A DNA stretch of 64,000 nt from Centroscyllium fabricii (Eukaryota): assembly GCA_051313645.2 (NCBI GenBank), contig JBNRSN020000524.1, positions 186,001-250,000 on the forward strand, read 5' to 3'. Below, in pieces: positions 27,115-39,480 of this stretch. Both the position numbers and the translations under genes were made by a program. How positions within the stretch are numbered: the stretch's first letter is position 1; each line of letters opens with the position of its first letter. The notes under the pieces were generated by a model. It was not told the origin of the DNA, did not search any database, and saw only the letters and a list, made by a program, of their open reading frames with translations.

Positions 27115-29985
27115 AAGAGGAGGGGGTGTCGCAATATTAATCAAGGCGACAGTTACTGCTGTAAGGAGGGATGATATCTTAGCAGGTTCCACTATTGAGG
27201 CCATATGGGCGGCACGGTGGTTAGCACTGTTGTCTCACAGCACTAGAGACCCGGGTTCAAATCCAGTCTCGGTTACGATCTGTGTGGAGTTTGCACATTC
27301 TCCCCGTGTCTGCGTGGGTTTCCTCCGGGTGCTCCGGTTTCCTCCCACAGTCCAAAGATGTGCGTGTTAGGTTGATTAGCCAGGATAAATTGACCCTTAT
27401 GCAGCCATGGTCTCGTTGAATGGCGGAGCAGGCTCGAAGGGCCGAATGGCCTACTCCTGCTCCTATCTTCTATAACTTAAAAACAGAGCGCAAGCACTCC
27501 TGGGAGTGTACTATAGGCCCCCAAACAGACAGGGGGAGATGGAGGAACAGATATGTAGGCAAATCTGAAGTGTAGAAATAATAGGGTAATAATAGGGGAC
27601 TTCAACTTCCTCCAATATTAACTGGGGTAGTCAGTGTGAAAGGCTTAGAGGGTGTGGAATTCTTAGTGCATCTAGGAGAGCTTTTTGAGCCAGCATGTAG
27701 AAAGTCCTAAAAGAGAGGGGGCGGTACTGGACTTAATTCTAGGGAATGTAGCGAGTGGTAGAAGTGTTAGTAGGAGCATTTTGGTAGCTGACCATAATTC
27801 GGTGAGATTTAAGGTAGTCATGGAAAAGGACAAAGATGGACTGGAAATAAATGTTCTAAAGTGGGGTAAGGCCGATTTTTAATATAAGGCAGGGTCTGGC
27901 CAAAGTGGACTGGGATCAGCTACTAGTAGGGACATCCACATCATAGCAGTGGGAGTCTTTCAGAAAGGAAATAGTGTACAATGCCAACATGTTTCAGTAA
28001 AGATCAAGGGTGGGACCAACAATCCCAGGGAACCATGGATGTCAAGGGATATACAAGAATGGATTAGGAAAAAAAGGGAGGCTTTTGGCAGCAGATGAAA
28101 GGAGTAAACAGTGGAAGCCCTAGAGTCTAAAGTGCAGGGGGGGCACTTAAAGAAATTAGGAGAGCGAAGAGGGGGCATGAAAAAACACTGGTGGGTAAAA
28201 TAAAGGAAAATCTCAAGGTGTTTTATAAGTATATTACAGGCAAGAGGATAACTAGCGAAAGATTAGGGCCCATTAGGGACCAAAGTGGCATCTGTGTAGA
28301 GCCAGAAGATGTAGGTGGGGTTTTAAACAATTTTTTTGCATGTGTGTTCACTATGGAGAAGGGTGATGTCAGCATAAAAATCAGGCAAGGGGATTGTGAT
28401 ATACTTGAACAAATTAGTATGGAGGGAGGAGGTTTTAGTGGGCTTAAAAGTGGATAAATCCCCAGGCCCTGACGGGATATATCTCAGGCTGTGCTGTGAA
28501 GCAAGGGAGGAGATTGCAGGGACTCTGACACAAATTTTCAGAACAAGGTGCCAGAAGACTGGAACAGCTAATGTAGTACCATTATTCAAGATGGGTAGCA
28601 GGGATAAACCAGGGAATTACAAGCCAGTGAGCCTAACATCAGTGGTAGGGAAATTAGTGGAAAAAATTGAGGGACAGAATTGGTCTCCACTTGGAGAGGC
28701 GAGGATTAATCAAGGATAGTCAGCATAACTTTGTCAGGGGGAGATCATGCCTAACCAATTTGATTGAACTTTTTTTGGGGGGATGACGAGGTGTGTGGAT
28801 GAGGTGTGCAGTTGATGTAGTCTACATGGACTTCAGTAAGGCTTTTGACAAAGTCCTGCATGGGAGACTGGTGAAGGTAAGAGCCCATGGGATCCAGGGC
28901 AATTTGGCGCATTGGATCCAAAATTGGCTTAGTGGCAGGAGGTAGAGGGTGATGGTTGAAGGTAGTTTTTATGACTGGAAGCCTATGTCCAGTAGTGTAC
29001 TGCAGAGATCGGTGCTGGATCCTTTGCTGTTTGTAATGCACATTAATGATTTATATACGAATGTAGGAGGTATGATCAGTAAGTTCGCAGATGACATGAA
29101 AATTGGTGGGGTGGTAAAGAGCGAGGAGGGAAACCTCAGTCTGCAGGATGATCTAGACGGGTTTGTTTGTCAGATGGGTAGAACAGTGGCAAATGGAATT
29201 TAACCCTGAAAAATGTGAGATGATGCATTTTGGGAGGACTAAAGGCAAGGAAATACACAATGAATGGCAAGACCCTAGGAAGGACAGAGGAACCTTGGTG
29301 TGCATGTACATAGATCCCTGAAGGCAGCAGGACAGGTCGATAAGGTGGTTAAAAAGGCATATGGGATACCTGCCTTCATTAGTTGAGGCATAGAATATAA
29401 GAGCAGGGAGGTTATGATGGAGCTGTACAAAATGCTAGTTAGGCCACAGCTGGGATAATGTGTGCAGTTCTGGTTGCCACACTCTAGGAAGGATGTGATT
29501 ACCTTGGAGAGGGTGCAGAGGAGATTCACCACCAGGATGTTGCCTGGGCTGGAGCACTTCAGCTATGAAAAGACTGGACAGGCTGAAGTTGTTTTCCTTG
29601 GAGCAGAGAAGGCTGAGGGGGGGACACCTGATTGAGGTGTACAAAATTGAGGGGCATAGATGGGGTAGATAGAAAGGAACTTTTCCCCTAATAGAGGGGT
29701 CAATAACCAGGGGACATAGTTTGAAGGTAAGGAGCAGGAGGTTTAGAGGGGATTTGAGGAAAACAAATTTCACCCAGAGGGTGGTTGGAATCTGGGACGC
29801 CCTGTCTGAAAGGGTGGTAGAGGCAGGAACCCTCAACATTCAAGAAGCATTTAGATGAGCACTTGAAATGCCATCTCATACAATGCTACAGACCAAATGC
29901 AGGAAAATGGGATTAGAATAGACAGGGCTTGATGGCCAGCGGGGACACGATGGGCTGAAGGGCCTCTTTCTGTGCTATATAACTG
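27115..29985 (+). mobile_element. CR1-clade LINE (HER1-like), 5'-truncated and degraded ORF2
   Basis: APE motifs (RGGGVA, GDFN, LDLIL, DHN), KSPGPDGI, NYKPVSLTSVVGK, DFSKAFDKV, FADD; many stops/frameshifts. Confidence 0.92.
27207..27473 (+). mobile_element. V-SINE (HE1-like) inserted into the CR1 LINE
   Basis: near-identical head and V-domain to 1869-2259, internal deletion. Confidence 0.88.
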
Positions 29986-30239
29986 TGTATACCTCATGAT
30001 GTAATTTTTTTTGCCACTCAAGGAGTTCTAAAAAGCCAGTTCACTGGCCTATTTTATGGTGCAAAACCTTGTCGCAATTTGCCATAATGGTTCATTTTGT
30101 CGACCAGTTCTGGTTCAGCTGGTCTTCTTTATATAAAAAAAAAAGTTACCAGATGTTGAGGGGAGGGGAGAAAAGGCAAAAGGGACCAACTGTGGTGGGG
30201 AGGAGAGATTAAATGACAAAAGGTCATGCACTGCCCCAT

Positions 30240-30545
30240 CATTTAAAATCTGTTATATCTAACTTTTCCCAGTTCTGACGAAAGGTCATCGACCTGAAAG
30301 GTTAACTCTGTTTCTCTCTCCACAGATGCTGCCTGACCTGAGTATTTCCAGCATTTTCTGTTTCAGATTTCCAGCATCTGCAGTATTTTTTTGTATTTAG
30401 TGTATAAATGTGACCTAAAATAAAAACAGAAAATGCTGGAAATACACAGCAGGCCAGGCAGCATCCGTGGAGAGAAACAGAGTTAACGTTTCAGGTCGAT
30501 GACCCTTCATCAGAACTGGAAAAAGCTGGATGTAACATATTAAGC
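30240..30545. mobile_element. Inverted pair of short Penelope-derived hammerhead-bearing repeats
   Basis: + copy 30271-30390 and - copy ~30418-30520, each with CTGAYGA-stem II-GAAA core followed by ctctccacagatgctgcctgacctg. Confidence 0.75.
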
Positions 30546-31029
30546 AGGTGCAGAGATGGGGGGGCGGGGGGGTGTTTAGAAGAGGAAGGATTTGAATGTT
30601 TCTCTTTCCAGCATCCTCAGTATTTTGCTATTGTATTAGAAATTTGACCTGACTGGTCTGGTTGATTCTCCAACTCTTGACCATTTTTTCATAGTGAGTA
30701 ACCTTGTCCTTTAATGGTTGGATCATTCCGTATGCTCCAATCTATTGGAAGTTACACTAGGAAGAACCCATGTTCTAAGGGTGAACTTCAGTAATAGCTT
30801 CCACCCATGTCTGGATCTTTACCCTGTTGCCAGTCTTCCTAATAATGCTCTTGACTACTTTCACTATGATCTGGGGTATAACTTATGAGAAGTAGAGTGC
30901 TTAAATTTCTACTTTCCATAAGCTTAAAGAATTCTGTCCCAACATGGCAAGGACCATTACCACTTAAGACATCTTCTGATCACCATTAGGTGAGTGGAAT
31001 CTGGTAGAAGATGGGATAAAGAACAGCAG

Positions 31030-31525
31030 ATTTTTGGATAAATTTAAGTTTAGAGGGTGGCAGATGGGAGGATGTAGTGCGTGTAGCCAAGTCTGGAAGT
31101 GACAAAGGCATGGATGAGATTTTTAGGGGCAGAGGTGTGTAATGTTAGAAATGGAAGTATGCAGTCTTTATGGAGAAGATATGGAATCAGAAATTCGGCT
31201 CTGGGTTGAACAGCACACTAAGACTGAGCAGTCTGGTTCACTTTTAAATGGTGGCCAGGCAGAGGAATCGAGTTTGTGACGATGTTATGGAGTTTGTGGC
31301 GGGGGCCAAAGACAATGGCTTCAGTCTTCCCAATTTTAGCTGGAGGAAATTACGGTTCATCCATGACTGGATGTTGACAAGCAGTCTGATAACAGACCGT
31401 TAAAGGGCTGAAGGGTGATACAAAAATAGAGCTGGGTGTCATCAGCATACATGTGGAAGCTGTCCCCATTTCTGTAGATGTTGCCAAGGAACAGCACAAA
31501 GATGAGGGGCCAAGGATGGATCATC
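31030..31525 (-). mobile_element. Degraded L2-type RT fragment
   Basis: FHMYADDTQLY motif on - strand; alignable to 62850-63340. Confidence 0.75.
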
Positions 31526-31912
31526 AGACTCCCAAAGCGAGATGCCATTTTTGGAGATGGTCTGACTAGGATTAGATGGGTAAGAGTAATATCAAGCAAG
31601 CAAACAACCTAAAAAACTATTAAAAAAACAAAACAATTACGTTTGAAAAATTTATATTTACAAATTTTGAGACGTGTCTAATGGTGACAAGACAGGTTAA
31701 TGTTGCGCTTAACTTTGCAACCTCAATACAAACTATGAATCTAATTGCATGAATGACCAATTTACTACCAGAAATTGTCTAAAGGCAAATTTCTGGTTAA
31801 TAATAATAGTCCACAACTATCAAGCAATCCATTTTTATGGGATTTGAAGCAACTTTCTACCCTGGTCTCAATTTAAAAAAAATAAAAAAATAAATAAATA
31901 AAATAAAATTGT

Positions 31913-32135
31913 TTATGGGGTGTAGGCATCGCTGGCAAAGCCAGCATTTATTGCCCATCCCTAATTTCCCCAGAGAAGGTGGTAGTGAGCTGCCTTCTTG
32001 AACTGCTGCAGTCCGTGTGGTGAAGGTACTCCCACAGTGCTGTTGGGGAGGGAGTTCCAGGATTTTGACCCAATGACTATGAAGGATCGGCGATATACTT
32101 CGTCAGGATGGTGTGTGACTTGGAGGGGAACTACC
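31913..32135 (-). mobile_element. Non-LTR retrotransposon 3' end fragment
   Basis: SKSWNSLP...LQQFKKAAHYHLL RT C-terminal motif with an adjacent simple-repeat tail. Confidence 0.65.
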
Positions 32136-33412
32136 AGTAGAATGTCTGTCTCTTTGTGCACTGTCAATAGCCATAGTCTTCCACTAGATTTGTTATATTC
32201 TGGTTCAATCAATCTTCCTTTTTCAAATTGAAAGATGTTCCACATGATTTTCTGTCTTTTTTATATAGACTGCAAGGAAATATGACTCTTGTGTCTTTGA
32301 AAACTAGACCTTTTATGAGTGCAAATTCTCTAATTTCATTAATCGTGACATCCTTGTTTTGCTTTAGTCGCCAATTTTCTATAGTTGACATAGGAACAGG
32401 AGTAGGCCATTTAGCCCCTCGAGGCTGTTCCGCCAGTCAGAGATCATAGCTGATGTGTAACCTAACTCCGTATACCCGCCTATGCTCCATATCTCCTAGA
32501 TTTTTGTTAACCAAAAGGTATTATCACTTTCAGATTTAAAATTAACAATTGACCCAGCATCAATTGCCATTTGCAGGAGAGTTTTCCAAACTTCTACCAC
32601 CTTTGGTGAATCTGCATTCTCTGTCTGTACGCGTCCACTGTCTTATCCGTTCAAGTCTCTGTTCAGACACTTGGTATCAAGCTGTGCACACACGCTGTCA
32701 CTTCACCATCACTGGAACTTTGACAATCTTTACAAGGGCTTGGAAGAAGGTGTCAGCTGTGTATATTAATTTTACAGGAGTGTATATCACGTCGATCATA
32801 CTTCAGCAATCTTTATATTCTTAGTTGACCATCATTGTGATTGCTTTTTGCAAATAGGAATCAAAGGCTTATGATTGGCCTCAAATGCTACATTTCCTTC
32901 TCTATTCGGGCATATCTGTGCACATTGCCTGTCACTCACGACTACTGCTTTCTAGCCATTGTGTTTCTGGTGCAATATAGCACTGAACTGACATTGACTT
33001 TCATTTGCAGTGATCTTGCCTGGCATTTTTGGATCCTAAAGTAAACAAGATATTACCATATCTATAAACTCTTGGCATATTTTTTCTGCTTGTGTAACTA
33101 TGAATATAGGATATTCTTTTCTAGCAACGTTCTTAAGGTGCCGCACTGGTGGATGAATCTGGAATGTATCTTTCCAGGTAACCAGGAAATCCTTGCAGTT
33201 CCATTATTGGTGGCGAGTTTACCCATGTTGATTACTGCCTCCGCTTTCGGTAGCCTTCCATGCCCTGGTCTGTGACTCGGTCTACTATGAAAGTGTTAGT
33301 TCATATATAACATCCCCTTTTGTTGAACTTCAGATTATTCTTCCTGACTCTGGAGCACTTGCCTGAATCTGGTATGTCAGCCGTGGCTCAACAACAGCTT
33401 GCATTTATATAG

Positions 33413-36400
33413 TGTGGCGACACGCTCACCAACAACATCGAATCCGCCTCGGGAGCGCTGCAAGACGGCGCCGCCCACTGGGCGGCGTGCTGACGTCACC
33501 GCGACTTCCGGCGTGATGATGTCGCCAGGTGGATACCCGGCAGTGACGTCACCTGCCGCGGGACCTTTAAATACCTGGGCTCCAGGTGGCTCAGTCTCTT
33601 TTCCACCTGGCCCTAGCTGTAACAACATTAAATGATAATTTTCCGAATCCCCTGTGTCCAGTGTGGTTCTTCGGCCCTGCATGCCTCTACAGTGGTGACC
33701 TCGATACTTGGGACGATTCCCAAGGGAACAATAAAGCAGTCGCTGCAGGACTGAGGGCCAAGCTGCCTCAGTGGAATCGCTACCACCATGCCAGCAGGGA
33801 TCGATACAGCACGCCACCACAGACGGGGCCAACACTGCAGCCAAATCCCAACTCTACCCGAGTTCTGGGAACTCCGTCCAGCGGCCTGGTTCCTCAACAC
33901 TGAGAACACCTTCCGCATCTATGGCGTGTAGGGGGACGATCGCTACAGCCTGCTCTTCGCAGCCCTTGCCCAGCCCACCATCGACAGAATGTGAGACTCC
34001 ATCGAGCAAGAACCTACTGCTTGCAGGTATGAAACGCTAAAGGCCCGCTGCTCCAAAAATTTACCCCCACCGTTTTTGAGCGCGATTGCCAGGTCATTAA
34101 CCTCCCCGACCTGGGGGACGCAGACCCCACCGACCTGTGGGCCCAATTCGAAGCGCTTAACTGCGACCCGGCCACTCTCAAGCGCGCCTTGTACCTCCTT
34201 AAACTGCCCCACTCCGTCAGACCGGCTCTGACGCTCCTGGAGCACCTCCCAACCAAGCAAGTAGCTCAGGAGGCCGAGCGCACCCGCGCCACCATGCACC
34301 GTAACGCTGCCGCCCCACCAGAGCAGCACTACACGCAACCCAGGCCCCGAGCCAGAGCTGTGCGGACCCACAAAAAAACCACGCACCGCGGGCCCAGGCT
34401 GGTGCTACTACCACCACACCAGGTTTGAGGCCAAAGCGCAGCGCTGCGTCCAGCCCTGCACCTTCAAACCCCAAACCAGCCCAGGCCCCACCATGTCCGT
34501 AGGCCGCTCCGGAGCACTGCTCTTCGTCATAGACAGTGTCTCAGGCCTCCACTTCCTCTGCGACACAGGCGCGCAGCACAGCATCGTGCCAGCCTCCCCC
34601 GCAGAAGCCAAGCAAGGCACCCAAGGCCCACCACTTGAAGCCGCAAACGGCTCCGAGATACTCACGTACGGCACCCGCCAGCTTATCAAACTGGCAGGCC
34701 ACACGTACACGTGGGACTTTATCACTGCACAAGTTAAAACACCCCTACTCGGGGCCGACTTTCTGTGCGCCCACGGCCTCCTGGTCGACGTTACCCGACG
34801 CCGCCTGGTCGACATCCACAACATGTCGACCATCCCATGCTCCACAAGGCCGGCACACCAGACCCACGCAGCGGCCCACTGCCGAGCCCGGAACTCCGAC
34901 ACGTACGCCACGCTGCTCGCGGAGTTCCCAGCCCTAACCAACCCCACCTTCACAGCCCGCACGGCCAAGCACGGGGTGGAGCATCACATCACCACCACAG
35001 GCCCCCCGGTCCATGCCCACGCACGCAGGCTGGACCCGGCCAAGCTGGAGATCGCGCGCGCCGAGTTCCACATCATGGAACAACTCGGCATTATCCGCCG
35101 CTCCAGCAGCCCCTGGGCCTCCCCCCTCCACATTGCCCCCAAACCCGATGGTGGCTAGCGCCCCTGCGGGGACTACCGCCGCCTTAACAACGCCACCACC
35201 CCAGACAGGTGCCCCACATCCAGGATTTTTCCGCAAGGCTAGCCGGCTGCACGGTCTTCTCAAAGATCGACCTGGTACGGGGCTACCACCAGGTACCGGT
35301 GCACCCGGCGGACGTCCCTAAGACAGCCGTCATCACCCCATTCGGCCTTTTTGAATTTCTCCGAATGCCCTTCGGACTCAAAAACACGGCCCAGGCCTTC
35401 CAACGCCTCATGGACTCAGTCCTACGGGACTTGCAGTTCACGTTCGTCTATCTAGACGACATCCTCGTGGCCAGCACCTCCCCCCCAGGAACAACACCTC
35501 CATCTCGGGGCCCTTTTCAACCGCCTGGCCGAACACGGCCTTATATTAAGCCCCTCCAAATGTCGATAGCCTCGAGGCCGAATCGACTTCCTCGGCCACC
35601 ATATCTCCCAGACCGGGGCCATACCCCTGCCCTCCAAGGTGCAGGCGGTCCAGGAATTCCCTCGCCCGCACTCCATCAAGGGGATGCAGGAATTCCTTGG
35701 GATGGTTAACTTTTACAACCGTTTCATCCCCGGAGCAGCCGCTCTCATGGCCCCCCTCTACCACGCCACCCGCGGGCAGTCCAACAAGGCTGTGGACGGC
35801 CGAAGCCACCACCGCCTTTACTGCAACCAAAACCGCCCTGGCCAACGCCACTCTCCTCAGCCACCCTAGGCCCAACGCCAGAGTAGCCCTCACCACCGAC
35901 GCCTCCGACCGCGCTGTCGGAGCAGTCTTTGAGCAGTGGACGGGCGACTCCTGGCAGCCCCTGGCCTTTTTCAGCCGACAACTCCGGCCCCCGGAGGTCA
36001 AGTACAGCACCTTCGATAGGGAGCTCCTCGCGGTGCGCCACTTCCACTTCCTCCTAGAGGGCCGCCACTTTACAGCCTTCGTGGATCACAAGCCACTTGT
36101 GTCCGCAATGGCTAAGATCTCTGAACCCTGGTCGGCCAGGCAGCAGCGCCAGCTCGCGGCCGTGTCTGAATTCACGACCGATATCCAGCACATCGCCGGC
36201 CGCGACAATGTGGTCGCTGACTGCCTCTCGCCCCACCATCAGCGAACCAGCCCCCGACCACCCCCCACGCCCCACCATCGACAACGTGGTCGCCGACTGC
36301 CCCCCACGACCCACCACCGACAATGCCTGCGCGCACTGCCTCTCGCCCAACCATCAACTCCGTCCAAACGGCCGTCGACTATACTAAAATGGCAGCCGAC

Positions 36401-38163
36401 CAACTAACCGACCCCGATCTGCTCGACCCTGCCACCAACCTCCCCGGCCTGCTCCTGGCCACCGTAGCACACGGGCCCACAGCCACAGAGATCCGCTGCG
36501 ACATTACCCTCCCCCAACCCAGACCCGTCATCCCCCACACATGGAGGCGCCACATCTTCCAGACCCTCCATGGCCTGTCCCACCCAGGTGTCCGCGCGTC
36601 CACCAAACTCATTTCTGCGCGATTCGTTTGGCGCGGCCTACGTAAAGACGTCCGCGCCTGGACCAACTCCTGCAATGCCTGCCAGCGCGCCAAGGTGCAC
36701 AACCACATCAAGGCACCGCTCGAAACCATCGCCGTCCCAGCCAGGCGCTTCAGCCACGTACACGTCGACCTCGTCGGACCACTACCACCATCAAGTGGAC
36801 ATCCACACATTTTAACGATGGTCGACCGCAGCACCCGCTGGCCAGAGGCAGTTCCCCTCACAGCTACCACCACCGCCGACCTCGCCAGGGCCTTCATTGC
36901 CACCTGGGTCGCCCGTTTTGGCGTCCCCACCGACATCACCTCAGACGGGCCCCCAATTTACCTCAACCCTATGGGCAACCATTGCCCACGACCTCGGGGC
37001 AACCCTGCACCGAACCACCGCCTACCACCCACAGGCCAATGGCCTCTGCGAACGGTTCCACCGATCTTGCAAAGCTTCCTTGCGGGCCAGCCTCCAAGAC
37101 GCAACCTGGACTGACCGCCTGCCCTGGGTAATGCTCGGCCTGCGCTCAGCGGCCAAGGAAGACCTGCACGCCTCAGCAGCTGAACTGGTCTATGGCCAAC
37201 CACTAACGGTACCGGGCGAGTTCGTGGCAGAAACTAACGAACCCTGGTCAGCCGAGCGCTGCCTCAGAGACTTTAATAACCAGGCAGCAGCATTCAAACC
37301 ACTCCCGGTGGCCCGGCACGGACAGCCGGCAGCACGGGTCCCAGACGGCATCCAAGATGCCAAGTATGTGTTTGTCCGCCACGACGCACACCGAACACCG
37401 CTGCAACCACCGTACGACGGACCATTCAGAGTGCTTCGGGCGGGACCCAAAACTTTTGAAATTAAAATGGGCAAGAGAGCCGAGACCGTCTCCATTGACC
37501 GGCTCAAACCAGCACACGTAATGGCGGGCGAGACAACAGTCCCCGCACAGCCACCAAAGCGCGGACGCCCTACCGCACCAAACCCCGCCCACACTCCTAT
37601 GCAGAACAGGGAGCAGCGCACGTCACGTGCGGGCCGCATCATCAGGCCACCTCAGCGCCTTGCCTGAGACGACACGTGCAGGCTACACCAGCCGCCGCAA
37701 CATCAATTTTCGGAACACGGAACAGCGCACGGCACGTGCGGGCCACAACATCAGGCCGCCTCGGCAAACTGCCGGACATTCTATGTGTTAATCGAAAATG
37801 TGTGCTTGCTCTCCTTTATGTCTCCTTCTCCTCCTCCTCTAGGTCCAGCCCAGCTCTCCCTCACGGATTCTGGGGTGGGAGCTGTGTGGCGACACGCCCA
37901 CCAACAACATCGAATCCGCCTCGGGAGCGCTGCAAGACGGCCCCGCCCGCCGGGCGGCGTGCTGACGTCACCGCGACTTCCGGCGTGATGACGTCGCCAG
38001 GTGGATACCCGGCAGTGACGTCACCTGCCGCGGGACCTTTAAATACCTGGGCTCCAGGTGGCTCAGTCTCTTTTCCACCTGGCCCTAGCTGTAACAACAT
38101 TAAATGATAATTTTCCGAATCCCCTGTGTCCAGTGTGGTTCTTCGGCCCTGCATGCCTCTACA
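33413..38163 (+). mobile_element. Full-length Gypsy LTR retrotransposon, CsRN1-like clade, ORFs disrupted
   Basis: 279-bp LTRs 33413-33691 and 37885-38163 (TG...CA), 4-bp TSD ATAG, tRNA-Trp-like PBS tggtgacc, PPT ggggtgggag, Gag CHCC knuckle 34403-34459, protease LCDTGA, RT YLDD 35449-35460, RNase H TDASD, integrase HHCC/DDE/GPF. Confidence 0.96.
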
Positions 38164-38167
38164 ATAG

Positions 38168-38490
38168 TGCCTTTAGCATGGTAAAACATCCCACGGCACT
38201 TCATAGCATTACCAAACAACATTTGACATAGCTACGTAAGGTGATACTGGGGCAGATGACCAAAAGCTTGGTCTCAAAGAGGTAGGTTTTAAGGAGTGTC
38301 TTAAAGGAGAATAGAGATGCAGAGGTTTAGGGAGGGAATTCCAGAGCTTAGGGCCTTAGCAGCTGAAGGCCTGGCCACCATTGGGGAAGCGATTTTAAAA
38401 TCGGATGTGTGCAAGAGGCCAGAATTGGAGGAATGCAGATACCTTGGAGGATTGTAGGGCTGGAGGACGTTAGAGATCGGAAGAGGAGAG
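38168..38490 (-). mobile_element. L2-type 3' fragment split by the Gypsy insertion (continues from 33389-33412)
   Basis: caacagcttgcatttatatag | tgcctttagcatgg rejoins across the TSD and matches 62357-62700. Confidence 0.85.
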
Positions 38491-39480
38491 GCTCTACTGT
38501 CTGAGGTGCTGTCTTTCAGATGAGACGTTAAACCGAAGGCCTGTCTGCTCACAGGTGGATTTCCAAAATCCTATGGCACTAGTTCGAAGAGTGGGGGATT
38601 TCTTCCCCGTGTCCTGACCAGTATTTATCCCTTAACCAACATCATGAAAAAATATGTTTAAGAAAGGACATACTCGCTCTCGAGTCAGTACAAAGACGGT
38701 TCACTCGGTTAATCCCAGGGATGAGGGGTTGGACATATGAGGAGAGGTTGAGTCGATTGGGACTCTACTCATTGGAGTTCAGAAGAGTGAGGGGAGATCT
38801 TATTGAAACATATAAGATTGTGAAGGGGTTGGATCGGGTGGATGCGGGGAAGATGTTCCCAATGATGGGTGAAACTAGAACTAGGGGGCATAAACTTAGA
38901 ATAAGGGGCTGCTCTTTCAAAACTGAGATGAGGAGAAACTACTTCACTCAGAGGGTAGTAGGTCCATGGAACATGCTGCCCCAAAAAGCTGTAGAAGCTA
39001 CTTCATTACATAAATTTAAAACAGAAATAGACAGTTTCCTAGTAGTAAAAGGGATTAAAGGTTACGGGGAGCGGGCAGGAACTTGGACATAAGTCTAGGT
39101 TAAGATCGGTCATGGCCCTGTGGGTAGTGGAGTGGGCCCAGGGACCGTGTAGCCTGATCCTCCTATTTCCTGTGTCAAATTCTGTTAGATGCAGGAGATG
39201 CTTCTGTGGTAGTAGGTTGGTTGTTAGGATCAGATCAGCCATGATCTTATTGAATGGCAGGGCGGGCTCAAAGGGCCGATTGGCCTACTCCTGCTCCTAT
39301 TTATGTTCTTATATTATCTGGTTATCATCACATTGCTGTTTGTGGGAACCTGCTGTGTGCAAATTGGCTGCCGCGTTTCCTACATTACAACAGTGACTGT
39401 ACTTCAAAAGTACTTCATTGGCTGTAAAGTGCTTTGGGATGTCCGGAGGTTGTGAAAGGTGCTATATAAATACAAGTCCA
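38490..39480 (+). mobile_element. Deu-domain SINE (SacSINE1/AmnSINE-like) interrupted by a CR1 3' fragment (~38655-39313)
   Basis: Deu core gtctttcagatgagacgttaaaccga...cctatggcact; L2-like tail at ~39430-39478; inserted piece encodes YEERLSRLGLYSLEFRRVRGDLIE. Confidence 0.8.

Noticed and set aside
33377-38154. Numerous antisense ORFs across the Gypsy element
   Set aside because: GC-rich shadows of gag-pol and LTR sequence
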